Positions 26,142-39,456 of a stretch of DNA of 64,000 nucleotides are shown here, piece by piece. The translations under genes were made by a program, and so were the position numbers. The first letter of the stretch is position 1; every line of letters starts with the position of its first letter. This stretch comes from Octopus sinensis (lineage: Eukaryota). The notes under the pieces were generated by a model. The model did no database searches, was not told the DNA's origin, and worked only from the letters and a program-made list of their open reading frames with translations. The stretch is from NCBI RefSeq assembly GCF_006345805.1, contig NC_043007.1:71548001-71612000 (forward strand), read 5' to 3'.

Positions 26142-27184
26142 TGTATGTATGCATGTATGCATGCATGCATACATGCCTGTATGTATGTATGTATGCATGC
26201 ATGTATGTGTCTAAGTCTTTGGCAGATCACACTGACTCTTCCTAAGGAGACAATCCAGGGTTGACTAAATAGTTTGCCTTCAATATGGCAAATCATGGGC
26301 CACAAAGGATGACCACAAGCAAAGTTTGATTCCTCAGTACAAGCCAGCCCTTGCACCGTATAACGTACATGTAATTCAATAATTGATCCCTGCCTACACA
26401 AAAACATGACCTAAATGCTGCTGGCTAAGAGAACAGTTGTTAATATATTGAAGGGAGTTTCCCTTATTTACAACATTGTGCTGTACCTCTCTAGAGCACC
26501 TTTTTACGACTAGTTTCACTTTTCTCACAGCAGTTAAGTGTTTTAATCCTGGACACAATGACAGCCATCAAAGTTCAATCCTAACCCTTGCAACCCTGCT
26601 TTGACCCCATACAATCTCTGCCAGTTGTTCTTGGTTTACTTTACAACTATTCTAAATATGTAATTCTCAGCCAGAAATAAATCACTGTCTTGTTGGTCAG
26701 GTTTGTTCTCAGCCATAAAGGAGTTTCTTCACATTTTATTTAAAACAGAATTATCACGGTACCAACAAGAACATCAAATGCAGTTGTACACCACTGGTCA
26801 CAATACACTTGATTGCTCTACTCTCTTCCATCTTAACCCTAATCATTTCAATTGTCTTCCCATTGTCATGCAGGCCTTTTGAGTAGCCCTTTTTCTGACC
26901 CCTTGGATACCTCTCAACAACTGCATGGATCCACCTGATGTTTGTGATCGTTGCAACATGTCCAGCAGAATTTGTTCTTTTGACGTTCTGCATTTACATC
27001 ATTCACATCATTCACATCATTGCATTTTTGAATTATCTCATTTTGAATTTGCTCTTGCAACAGTTTTCTTAGAGAATTAATTAATTAATTTAAATAAATA
27101 AAATAGAACTAAATGATGAATTAGTGCAGTAGTAAATTTATGTGAATAACATTCTCATTCTTAATAGTCTTGTTATGATTTTAA

Positions 27185-27785
27185 TGGGTTGTCCGGAAGG
27201 TTCATGCTGATTTTTAAGGAAAGGAAAAGGTCAATAAATACTTGCCATTACATTTTTAATCAACCAAATATGAACCATTTTGTTGCACAATGCATATCCA
27301 TCTTTCCTTTAACTTGAAACTACTCTCTTCCCGGAATTCAGGTGGTTTCATGGCAAAGAATTCATCAAGGTATCTTTTTACGTCATCCAAGGAATTGAAA
27401 TTTTTACCATTAAGACTATTCTGCAGAGACCTGAATAAGTGGAAATCCGAAGGAGCAAATCTGGTAGATATGGATGGTGGGGTAACACATCCCAGCCGAG
27501 CTACAGCAATGTTTGTCTGGTTCCCAAAGAAACGTGCGGTCTTGCATTATCATGTTGGAAAACAACACCCTCCCTGTTGGCCAATTCTACGTTTCTCTTG
27601 AATTGCTGCTTTTAATTCGTCCAGTTGGTGCAGTATTTCTCAGAATTAATTGTCTGGTTACTTGGGAGAAGCTCATAGTACAGAATTCCTTTCCAATCCC
27701 ACCAAACACAAAGCAAGACTTTTTTAGGGTGAAGACTCGCCTTTGGGGTGGCTAAGGGTGGCTCATGTCACTTACTCCAGGATCG
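27185..27785 (-). mobile_element. Mariner transposase 3' half (pseudogene) with one TIR
   Basis: LHPKKVLLCVWWDWKG, QHDNARPH, HHPY.PDL.PSDFHLFRSLQN motifs with stops and frameshifts. Confidence 0.9.
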
Positions 27786-28320
27786 ATTTCTGGCTTTGCA
27801 TTTAGGAATGCTTTGCCTCGTCAGTAGAATACACACAGAAAGAAACATAAATACATATATATATAAATACAACATACGAATACTTACATATACGAGTGTA
27901 TGCCTACATATATATGCGCGTATGCATCATGGCCAGTTCAAAATGCCTGCCGTTTAATTCCAAGTGAGATATGGTCAAAATATCGCCGCAGTAAATACAG
28001 TGATGAAATACTGGCCATGATACATATGTGCATATATATGTAGGTATACGTTCGTATATGTAAGTATTCGTATGTTGTATTATATATATATATTATATAT
28101 ATATATATATGTATTTATGTTTGTATTCTACTGACGAGGCAAAGCATTCCTAAATGCAAAGTCAGAAATTCGGGATCTAGAATTATCCAGTAATTTTTAC
28201 TAGTTTCATCTTGTCTCTTTGTTTTCTCTCTGTGTTGATATACGGACAATTAAGGTGGTTTTAGAGTCAGATCATGGCTATTTTCAGCATGGTGGTATCT
28301 CGTAGATACCCTAATTTATA
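27786..28320 (+). mobile_element. Inverted pLTR-like element abutting a truncated mariner
   Basis: Arms about 27786-27937 and 28010-28169, HHR, unique tail, ends in (TA)n. Confidence 0.7.
28125..28183 (+). ncRNA. Type I hammerhead ribozyme motif
   Basis: ATTCTA-CTGACGA-GGC..GTC-a-GAAA-TTCGGGA-TC-TAGAAT; perfect 6-bp stem I. Confidence 0.75.
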
Positions 28321-28515
28321 ATTATATATATATATATACACATCTATAAATTTGTGTTGTAAGTTTAATGATGTGAAACCATTTATTGAAATAAATATTG
28401 TTGTATTTCCAGATGGTCATTTTCCATCTTTTTTTTTTTTTGCCAAATAAACACATGCACAATATATTCATTCTTCACTCATTTATTATTGTTCTTATTC
28501 TAAATCATGTCCACT

Positions 28516-28558
28516 GTCTGGAAATCTTTCGTAACACATCTGTGACCTCTTCAGCAAC
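28516..28558 (-). ncRNA. Hammerhead-like motif, degenerate
   Basis: gttg-CTGAAGA-g-GTCACA..TGTTAC-GAAA-gatTTC-cagac; same family at 20246-20283 (-) and about 7531-7575 (+); weak stems I and III. Confidence 0.5.
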
Positions 28559-28684
28559 ACGTTCCATCCTCATATGTGCTCTTGCTCCGCTTATTCCATT
28601 CTATTCTTCTATGATGTGTATTCTTATATGTGCATGAATTTGTGCCTATGTCATTCAGCTCTGTGTGTGGGTAGCATATATATA

Positions 28685-29258
28685 TATATACGAAAGAAGG
28701 TTTGAAAATGCAATTTAAAAGATGTTTATTTACTAAACCGGTTTCACTCTTTGGAAAAAGATTGTCAAAAGTAACATAGAATATTATGAATTCTGACCCT
28801 GAGATGTATAATATATTTATTTTAATCTTTTCTGCCCATTTTTTCAAATATTCTCATCATACTGTTGTACTTTCTTATGTCCATAACATGTCCTTGTTAC
28901 CAAAGACTGTATATATACATGTAATGTGGCAATTTGCAACAACCAATAATTAACGCAACCAAACTTCCAATAATATATTTGTTTTATTCTTTTCTGCCCA
29001 TTTTTTCAAATATTCTCATCACACTGTTGTACTTCTTTATGTCCTTAACGTGTCCCTGTTACCAAAGACTGTATATATACATGTAATGTGACAATTATGT
29101 AAAAAACCTTTTTGAATTCATAATATTCTATGTTACTTTTGACAATCTTTTTCCAAAGAGTGAAACCGGTTAAGTAAATAAACATCTTTTAAATTGCATT
29201 TTCAAACCTTCTTTCGTATATAATTCCACTCGTGCGATACCCCACAACTCAACTTTGT
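28685..29258 (+). mobile_element. Inverted pLTR-like element with internal direct duplication
   Basis: About 108-bp inverted arms; about 126-bp direct repeat (28808-28935 and 28970-29096); short tail; (TA)n on both sides. Confidence 0.7.
29133..29177 (+). ncRNA. Hammerhead ribozyme motif, U3-A8 core variant
   Basis: TTACTT-TTGACAA-TCTTT..AAAGA-gt-GAAA-CCGG-TT-AAGTAA; core retained in the inverted arm. Confidence 0.65.
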
Positions 29259-29266
29259 TATATATA

Positions 29267-29299
<33 letters not shown>

Positions 29300-30319
29300 G
29301 GTGTGTGTATGTGTATATATACATGTGTGTGCATATGTATGTGTATATATATATGTGTGTGTGTATGTGTGTCTGTGAGTGTATATATGTTTATATATAT
29401 GTATATATATGCATGTTTGTGTATACATATTTATATATATATTCAGATAGATAGATAGATAGATATGAATACTATCAATCATTTAGCATCCATTTCCCAT
29501 ACTGGCATGCGTTAGACGGTTTGACAGGAGATGGCAAGTTGGGGAGCTGCACCCGGCTCCACTTGTTTGTTTTGGCATGATTTCTATGGTTAGATCCCTT
29601 TCCTAATGCCAACCTCTTTACAGGGTGTACTGGGTGTTTTTTATGTGTCACCAGCACACAAACTTTATATAAATATTCCTTTTTTTGGAATGATGGATTT
29701 TGAAGCTGATCATGTAAACATGTGTGTGAGTATGGTTTAATTACTTTAGCATTTCATTCAAGTGTAAACTATTAGAGTTTGAACATTACCGGAATTACTA
29801 GAATTAGATTTAGACAAGAATTTGTAAGACTGGGTTATTATTAGTGAATCTGTTTTAGGATTATCATTATTAGTAAGTAATGATTCATTGAATGCATGGA
29901 AGAAAGTTTTTAGAGTTAAGTTGGATGCAGGGGTTAAATAAAGTGACAAGACACTTGCGGTAAGGATAACATTTTTAATACAAGTAACCAGCAAAAGTTT
30001 TTTGATATAAACCAAGTCACAGAGTAGGTAGTCTTTGGAGATCTTCCTAAAATCAAGGATGCGATAAACATTGGTGAATTTAATGAGAAAAAATGGAATA
30101 AAGATGAGAGAAAAATTAAAAGAGAAAGACGTAAACAATCGATAATAAAATCTGTTGAGCTTTCAGTTAAAAGATTTTAAGATATAGTGGAAATATTGGG
30201 AATTGTTACTTAAGAGGAGAGCCTATTATTTAGGGGAGAGAATCACTTTTAAGTTTTATTATTTTTTTTTTATTAATGTCAGGAAATCATTATCAAAGAG
30301 TGAAAAGAATATATTCCAT

Positions 30320-30426
30320 TTATAAAGGCAGCAAGTTCTGAAGGTCAGCAACAACATAAGCCACTACAGCCCATACTGCAGCACACAAGTTCATTTGATG
30401 AGGATCTTGTACAGTAATTGTATCCG
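30320..30426 (-). CDS. CPQ: CPQ last coding exon (ADTITVQDPHQMNLCAAVWAVVAYVVADLQNLLPL*)
   Basis: DT.TV.DP.QMN..AAVWAVV.YVVAD motif, TAA stop; AATAAA signals downstream near 30255-30274. Confidence 0.96.
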
Positions 30427-31605
30427 CTGTATTATGAAAAGAAATCAAAAAGATATTAAAAATGAGGATCTTGTTAGAAGTAAAAACTACGAACAACAAT
30501 TATTGTTACTGTTTAGTAACAAGTTAATCTTTAGCTGAGAAGAACTAAGGTTAAAAGTATTCTGGCTATCTCTGTTAGTTTTTTTCTATGATTAGCCTGT
30601 TCAAGATGGTAAGATGCTGTTTGAGGGAGACTTAGAAACTATTTCCAGCAGGTTGAGAAGCTGCACCAGAGGCTCTCATACTGGTTCCTTATAAACAACT
30701 TCAACCTTTGTTTTTATGGTGTACATGTGTACGTCAATGAGTATATGTATGTGAATGAGTGTGTATGTGTATGAGTACATAAGTGTATGAGTATATATGA
30801 ATGTGTGCATACAGGCATATGTTTGTTAGTTTGTTTTAGTCATTGAGACTGAGGCCAAGCTGGAGCACTGCCTCTTGCGGAGATAAAAGAAGGTGAAACA
30901 GAAAGGGTTGAAACAGAAGATGAAACAGAGAAAGAGGGAAAGAGATGGAAAATTTGAGAGCTTGTGAATGTATGTTAATACTTGTTTATCGTGTATGTGT
31001 TAGTGCCATTACCATAGCAACAATTCCAACACTTTTTGATCAGACCTCGTATAAAGCATATACAACATTATTCCAGATATCTCAATGTTCTTTTATTCTT
31101 CAGATGCTTTAAAGTTTTAACCTCAAGTGGATTTCTAATTATAATTAGGAATTTACTCTTTTACTTGTTTCAGTCATTTGACTGCGGCCATGCTGGAGCA
31201 CCATCTTTAGTCGAGCAAATCAACCCCAGGACTTATTCTTTGTAAGCCTAGTACTTATTCTAGCGGTCTGTTTTGCTGAATCGCTAAGTTACAGGGACGT
31301 AAACACACCAGCATCAGTTGTCAAGCGATGTTGGGGGGACAAACACAGACACATAAACATATGCAAACACATACATATATATATACATATATACAATGGG
31401 CTTCTTTCAGTTTCTCAAGATGTTTCTTAAAAAAAGAAAACATAGGTACAAGCATGATTGTGCAGTAAGAAGTTTGTTTCTCAACCCCATAGTTCTGGGT
31501 TCAGTCGCATGGTGTGGTATCTTGGAGGAGTGTCTTCTACTATAGCCTCAGGTTGACCTAAGTCTCGTGACTGTATTTGTTAGATGGAAATTGAAAGAAG
31601 CCTAT

Positions 31606-31640
<35 letters not shown>

Positions 31641-31796
31641 GTGTGTGTCCTTGTACCTGTTGTCAATTTGTTTGACTAAAAGTTTTCTAAAGTGGTGCCC
31701 CAGCATGGCCACAGTCTAATGACTGAAATTAGTAAAAGGTAAAAGATAACATTTTCCTTCAAATATTGATTTGTTTCTCTTCAAATAGATTCTTAC

Positions 31797-31976
31797 CATT
31801 TGTATGATGAAAATAGAAGTATTTTCCATTTTTGTTCATCAAAGTAGCTCCAGGAACCTTTTCATTCACCCAGAAGCTAATATCTCCAGAGACTTTGCTG
31901 CTGACTAGCCGGCTGGCATTAATTGGCTTCAGTAAAAGGAGTACTTCTTTCATTATCATTCCAGCTTCTTTGCTTC
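31797..31976 (-). CDS. CPQ: CPQ exon (GSKEAGMIMKEVLLLLKPINAS...DISFWVNEKVPGATLMNKNGKYFYFHHTN)
   Basis: DI.FW...VPGA and KYF.FHH motifs; cag/gtaaga; 180 nt. Confidence 0.95.
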
Positions 31977-32312
31977 CTGTCAAGAAATGAAGAACAAGTA
32001 TATTCTGATAACACAGGGGTGAATTTTTTCATTTAAAGAAATATCTTCAATATTTGTTTCAAATTTTGGCACAAGACCAACAATTTCAGGGGAAAGGGGG
32101 TAAAGTTGATAACATTGACCCTAGTGTTCAACTTGTACTTATTTTATTGATCCTGAAAGGATGAACCATAAAGTCAACCTTTGCAGAATTTGAATTCAGA
32201 ACATACAGACAGATGAAACGCCACTTAAGCATTTTGCCTGACTTGCTAATGATTCTGCCAGTTTACCACCTAAATGCTTTCAGTATTTATTAGTCATAGA
32301 AAGGTGGCTCAT

Positions 32313-32617
32313 GGAGGCATAATGGCCCAGTGGTTAGGGCAGCAGACTCGCAGTCGGAGGATCGTGGTTTCGATTCCCAGATCATGTGTTTATTGAGCAA
32401 AAACACCTAAATGCTCCATGAGGCTCCAGCAGGAGGTGGTAGTGACCCCTGTTGTATTCTTTAGCCCCCAACTTTCTCTCACTCTCTCTTCCTGTTTCTT
32501 GAGTAACGCTGCGATAGACTGACGTCCCGTCCAGCTGGGGGGAACACATATGTCACAGAAACCAGGAAACCAGGCCCATGAACCTGGCTAGGCTTGAAAA
32601 GGGTGCATAAGAATAAG
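32313..32617 (+). mobile_element. tRNA-derived SINE family D
   Basis: TGGCCCAGTGGTTAGGGC..GGTTTCGATTCCC head; agaaaggtggct direct repeat on the flanks. Confidence 0.7.
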
Positions 32618-33225
32618 AAAGGTGGCTAGGTGGCAAAATTATTAGCAAGTCAGACAAATACTTAGTGGTATTTTGTCCGTCTTTACCTTCTTAGTTCAAA
32701 TTCCACTGACGTCTTTGCTTTCCATTCTTTTGTAGCTGATAAAATAAGTACCAGTTGGATACTGGGGTCGATGTGATTGACTTACTCCTTCACTGAAACT
32801 GCTGGCCTTGCACCAAAATTTGAAACCAATCATTAGCCATAGAGTTAGAATTAGGTTAGGCTTTCGGTTGGAGCTAAGGGAGTGGAAGGGGACAGTTACA
32901 AATGGATCCAAAGTTGGTTTACTAATTCAATATTAATGTAAGACAGACCTTAAAATGAGAGGGGGCATATCAATGATAATGTTTCAGATAATGACAAAAG
33001 GAATTAGTCAAACAAACAACTAATTGATTGTTAAACCAATGTATTAAACAAATGATGGATTAGGTTAGATATTTAACCAATCAACTAACAATAAAGAAGT
33101 GATATTGAACTAGTATGCATGTTTATTATTATTGGCAAAATTAATATAAGGACTTTTGAATCAAAGTTTCTAATATTTAGTTCCAAATTAACCAAGACAG
33201 AATTTAAGTTAAATAATATCCATAC

Positions 33226-33301
33226 CTGTAAAATATAACCCTTCTGGTGTAAACGTGCCTTCATCTGATTCCATCACTAAACTATAATTTCTGACGCTAT
33301 T
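33226..33301 (-). CDS. CPQ: CPQ exon (NSVRNYSLVMESDEGTFTPEGLYFT)
   Basis: NYSLVMESD.GTF.P.GL.FT motif; tag/gtatgg; 76 nt. Confidence 0.95.
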
Positions 33302-33891
33302 CTAGATACATATACAATAATAATTAAATAAACATATACGAATGCACACACATGCATCAAACAAAACATGATTTTAAAACAATACTTTGAAAACGAGAAA
33401 TTAAAATCTATTAAAAATCAGTAACATTTTGAATAAGAAAGAATATTATAAGACATTTGAAAACTACATTTGTTATTGCTTTTATGAGTGTGTGTATGTG
33501 TGTGAGAGAGTGTGTATGAGTGTGAATGTGATGATAATGGAACACTATATCATTTACCAGCTGGACAAATGTTCTATAACTCACATAATACTTTATCCTC
33601 CTATTCCACCTCCTACTCATCATCTAACTGGATATTGTTATGATATTCTTGACACAGTGCTCCATTTTTCATAAGAAGTGTCATGCAAGGCATTCAGCAT
33701 TGTGAGGCGCTGCCATCAATCCAATGTAAATGTCAGCAGTTATTATTAAATCTATAATATTGCATCTGGCTACCTTACATTTAGCTCATGGAAAACTAAA
33801 TACTTTGCAAATCTCTTGCAACTACAGTATAGCTTTATTATTCTGATACTAAATACTGGTCACCGGTATATTTAGTACTCTCAGATATCTA

Positions 33892-34150
33892 GTCATCATC
33901 ATCATCACTGTCATCATCGTCATCATCATTATCGTCGTCATCATTGTCATCGTCGTCATTGTCGTCATCGTCGTTGTTGTCATCGTCGTCGTCATCAACA
34001 CTGGAGTGGCGACATCATCATCGTCGTCGTCGTCATCATCATCATCGTCATCATCATCATCATCAACACTGGAGTGGCAGCATCATCATCATCATCGTCA
34101 TCATCATCATCATCATTATCGCCAGCATCCTCATTATCATCATCATCATT
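33892..34150. repeat. (CAT/CGT)n microsatellite with a duplicated interruption
   Basis: Direct inspection; CAACACTGGAGTGGC occurs twice. Confidence 0.9.
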
Positions 34151-35701
34151 TAATGTCTATCTTCACGTTGGTGTGGGTTGGACAATAAATTCTAAAGGGT
34201 TTGATGTGTGGGAGGAACAGAGTCAAATGCCTTATAACATAGCTGCACACAGTCAGCATGTTTTGGCGGTGCTGCTTCGCACCTTCTGGATAGCTTTGTG
34301 GATAAGAAATTGTTCAGCACAGCCCAAAACTTCTTTCTTTCCTCTTGCCTGCTCTTCAGCCACTACACTGTATACTTCTGCATGATCTCTAAATGAAGTG
34401 CTGATCTCTAACTGTGGATGGAACTTGTGGAAGGGGTAGACCCAGGAAGACATGGAATAAAGTGGTGAGAAAGGAACTTCGGATAGTGGGTCTCACTGGG
34501 GAATGACAAGGGACCAGGAGATGTGGTGTTTTGATATACTTGAGAAAATACATCAAGCTAAGTATAATCATGGTCATCCATTTATACAGACATGTCCTTT
34601 GCAGGTGCTGGTGTCACGTAAAATGCACTCATGCCAGTGCTGTGTAAATGCACCCATGCTGGTGGCATATAGAAAGCAGCCAGCGTACTCTATAAAGTGG
34701 GTGGCATCAGGAAGGACATCTAGCTGTAGAAACCATACCAAAACAGACAATTTGTGTCTGGACAGTTCCCCAGCTCCTGTGACTGGTTGACCCATGGTGG
34801 TGGTGGTGGTGGTGATGTGTGTGTGTGTGTGTGTGTGTGTGTCACTATTCTTCTTGAAAGAGTATAGCAAATATGTACTCTACAAAAAGTATTGAGTAAT
34901 CATTCCAGTTAATGTAAAACTCTTTTTAACACAACATGCTATGAACAAACATTAATACATACATACACATGTATATATGTGCATATAAAAACAGATTTAT
35001 TAATGAGAGATTGTCAATTCAGGCAAAATACTTAATACACTTTCTATTAGCACAGCAGGTTAACAATATTGTTTAGATTAATAAAGAACTCTGCATATTC
35101 TAGTGGCAGGGTCCAAGGTAATAGTTCATCACCATTCTATATTGTAAATCCATGGTTGTGTTCCCAGTTATAGGGGTTTTATGTATAGGGATATACAAGA
35201 CAAGAAATAAATATTAGGCATTATATATATATTTTTTGTTGCAAATTTGACTTGTGGCTGTGTGGTAAGAAGCGTGCTTCCCAACCACATGGTTCCAGGT
35301 TCAAGTGGTATCTTGGGCAAGTGTCATCTACTATAGCCTTGGGCCAACTAAAACCTTGTGAGTGGATTTGGTAGAGAGAAACTGAAAGAAGCTCATCATA
35401 TAGATATGTATGTATATATTTGTGTTGTGTCTTTTCTTCCCACATCATTACTTGACAACCGATGTTGGTGAGTTTACATCTCCGTAACTTAGCAGTTCAG
35501 CAAAGAGACCAATAGAATAAGTCTTGGGGACAGTTTGTTCAACTAAAACCCCTTAAGGCAGTGCTCCTGCATGGCTGCAGTCAAATGACTGAAACAAGTA
35601 AAAGAATAAATGAATATATACATATACAGCTGTGTGTATGTATGTGTGTATACACACACACACATACAAATTCATATATATAAATTAAATTCTATGTCTT
35701 T

Positions 35702-35790
35702 GTGCAGCTGAAGATTGCTCTACATTTTAAATTGATGTAATGATTGCATTGTTCAATTAAATAGAGTTGCATGAAATGATTGTACTGCAT
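35702..35790 (+). ncRNA. Type I hammerhead ribozyme motif
   Basis: GTGCAG-CTGAAGA-long stem II (CTCTA/TAGAG)-GAAA-TGATTG-TA-CTGCAT. Confidence 0.7.
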
Positions 35791-35930
35791 TACCTCTGGA
35801 TATCCTTGTTGCTTATTTTGATTATGTATAAATAATATATATATAATATATACATTGATTATATATCCATTACCTCTGGATATCCTTGTTGCTTATTTTG
35901 ATTATATATATATATATATTATATATATAT

Positions 35931-35963
<33 letters not shown>

Positions 35964-36290
35964 ATATATATATATATACATGAAAATATTATTGACCACA
36001 TATCCACGTATACTTAATGTATATGCTTTGTGTATTCCACTGACAGGGTGCGATCTCATGTGGTGGAGAATATTCCCTCAAAGTACCAGGTGTTAAAATA
36101 CCTGCAAGTCATGGACAGTCGAGATAAGTCAACTCAAATCCTATTCAAGAATGACGGACATCAATGTTTTGTTATTTTTGTGGCTTATCAACACCATGTA
36201 CTCGAGCCAAACCCAAGACGCATACACAAACACATATATGTAAGCATTTCAAAAAACAATTACTTAGAAGAAAATTGTTTCACAACTTAC

Positions 36291-36335
36291 CTTGTGTCTC
36301 TCGAAATACTGGCTTGAGCCAACATAACCTTCCTC
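36291..36335 (-). CDS. CPQ: CPQ 45-nt exon (EEGYVGSSQYFERHK)
   Basis: Completes the catalytic WTAEE.G motif; tag/gtaagt; in frame. Confidence 0.9.
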
Positions 36336-36806
36336 CTAAATGAAACATAGAAATTTAAATAATTTTGAATCTTTCACATACAAGAAAAAGGAAAATAAAC
36401 CAGAATACTTCAGTAAATGTCAACCCTAAAAAACTTCAATGAATCTTTGAAAATTTTTTCAAAAATCACATTTTTTTTTCTGACACTTGGAACAATATAT
36501 TTGGTTCCGTTTTTCTTGTCCATTCCACCCCCTGCACATCCTACACCCTGCCACTAATCAGCAGCTTTTCTTATTGCCTTTCTTTTACTTCTCTAGTGTG
36601 TACACATGTATGTATTTAAATATACTTTGTTCCTTTGTGTTTATGTGTAATGTGTATGTGTGTGTGCATGCATGTGCACACGTGTGTACCAGGACAGGCA
36701 TGGTGCTCAACACAGCCCTTCAACTCATTGGATCCTGTCAAACCATCCAACATATTCCAGCAGGGAAAACGGACATTAAGTAATGATGATAATGATATAT
36801 ATCTGA

Positions 36807-36844
<38 letters not shown>

Positions 36845-36855
36845 TATATAGAAGG

Positions 36856-36906
36856 AGCTTCTACAGGACTAGAACTGTTTCATTCAAGAGAAATCTTCAG
36901 GAAGCT
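36856..36906 (-). ncRNA. Type I hammerhead ribozyme motif (left-arm copy, sense to CPQ pre-mRNA)
   Basis: Exact reverse complement of 40510-40560. Confidence 0.75.
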
Positions 36907-37168
36907 AGTTAACAAGAATTGTATTGGCATTTATACATTTAGGCAGGTTTAAAGGGGTGGTGGTGGGGGACTTTTTGGGGGTAGGCATAGCGCAAAATAT
37001 CATACTTGGGGGAGTGGTCAAGGAGTCAGTGGTAAATTAGATAAAAGAATAAATAAAAGAATAAAAAAATATATAAAAGAATCGAGTTTTAGGTAAATAA
37101 GGAGATTCTCACTTATACCTATACACATATGTATACATATATACACACACACACATACATACACACAT

Positions 37169-37201
<33 letters not shown>

Positions 37202-38190
37202 CACATACACATACATACATATATCTACACATATATATACATATATACTCTTTTACTCTTTTACTTGTTTCAGCCATCCGGCTGAGGCCATATATCTATA
37301 TATACACACATATATATATATTACATATATATATACACACACACACACATATGCATACACATATACACACACACATGTATATATACACACACACGACCAC
37401 ACATACATATACACACATAAAATATATACATACACACACATACACATACACACATACACACACATTCCACATACACACATGCACACACACACACAAGTCC
37501 CTATATACACATATATACACATACACACATATACATATATATACATATATATATATATACATATGTGTACCTATACATACCTACACATACACACATTTAC
37601 ATACAAATACAGACCCATTCCCTAATTTTAATTTTATTATCTTCATTTATTACTTTTGTTATCTTTGACCGCTGGTCACAAGCATCTTGGCTATGACAGC
37701 AAGTCCACTTACCTTTCTACTTGAAAACAAGCACTCATTCACGCACGCACACTCATTAGCACGCACACTCACTCATTCGTACACTCATACGCATACACGC
37801 ACGCACGCGTTATATTCATACATACATACATCTACATACATTCACGTATATACACATACGTACGCGTACCTACAGATTCATGTCTACACTCTTAGAAGGC
37901 TAGTCTATACATATACACCAATAAATATATATACACACATACATATACACCTACATACAAATACATACATATTATATATATATATATATATATTATATAC
38001 ATATATATATAATATATATAATATATATAATACATATACATACATATATACATGCATACATACATACATACATACATCCATACATACATACAATATATAC
38101 ATACACACACCCACACGTATACATATACATACATATATATACGCGCATGCATACACATACAAATACATACACATACACATATACATATAC

Positions 38191-38233
<43 letters not shown>

Positions 38234-38362
38234 CACATACATACATATACATACATACATATACAAATATACACACAATATATATGTGTGTAAGTGTGTG
38301 TATATATGTATATGTAAGTGTGTGTGTGTGTGTATGAGTATGTATGTATGTTTGCACACATG

Positions 38363-38397
<35 letters not shown>

Positions 38398-38495
38398 ATG
38401 TGTGTGTGTGTGTATATATGTATGTGTGTGTGTGTATGTGTGTATATGTATATGTATGTGTATGTATGTATGTGTATATGTATGTATATGTATAG

Positions 38496-38563
<68 letters not shown>

Positions 38564-38788
38564 ATATATATATATATATATATGTGTGTATGTGTGTGTA
38601 TGTATATGTATGTATATATATGTATATATATATATAAGTATATATGTGTGTATGTATATGTATGTATGTATATATATGTGTGTGTATGTGTATGTGTATA
38701 TGTACATATACGTGTACGCTCGTGTGTTTATGTATATGTAGGTACGTAGAGTTATGTATGTGTGTATGTATATGTACATATGTGTAAG

Positions 38789-38834
<46 letters not shown>

Positions 38835-39201
38835 TAAGTTTATATGTATGTATCCGTCTGTATAATGGGTAACTGCACGTACATATACTTAATATTTATT
38901 ATTTATTTTTTGAGTATGCATGTATGAATAACTGCGCGTATATATACTTTATTATTTATTTTTTGGGTATGCATGTAAGTATGAATATAAGGAGGCACGT
39001 GTGTGTGTATGTGTAAGCATAGAGATATATGTATACTTTTACGCATGTGTGTACTTATGTGTATATATGGATGCACGTGTGTGTGTGTGTGTATGGGTAC
39101 GCATGTACATGTGTATGTGCGTGTATGTGTATATGCGTATGTATGTGTGTGTGTATATTTGTATATGTATGTATGTATATGTATGTATGTGTATATGTAA
39201 T

Positions 39202-39247
<46 letters not shown>

Positions 39248-39407
39248 GTATGTATGTATATGTATATGTGTATGTGTATGTATTTGTATGTGTATGCATG
39301 CGCGTATATATATGTATGTATATGTATACGTGTGGGTGTGTGTATGTATATATATGTATGTAGTATGGATGTATGTATGTATGTATGTATGCGTGTATAT
39401 ATGTATG

Positions 39408-39456
<49 letters not shown>

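Noticed and set aside
33944-34385. Poly-Ser/His ORFs
   Set aside because: (CAT)n microsatellite running into a LINE remnant
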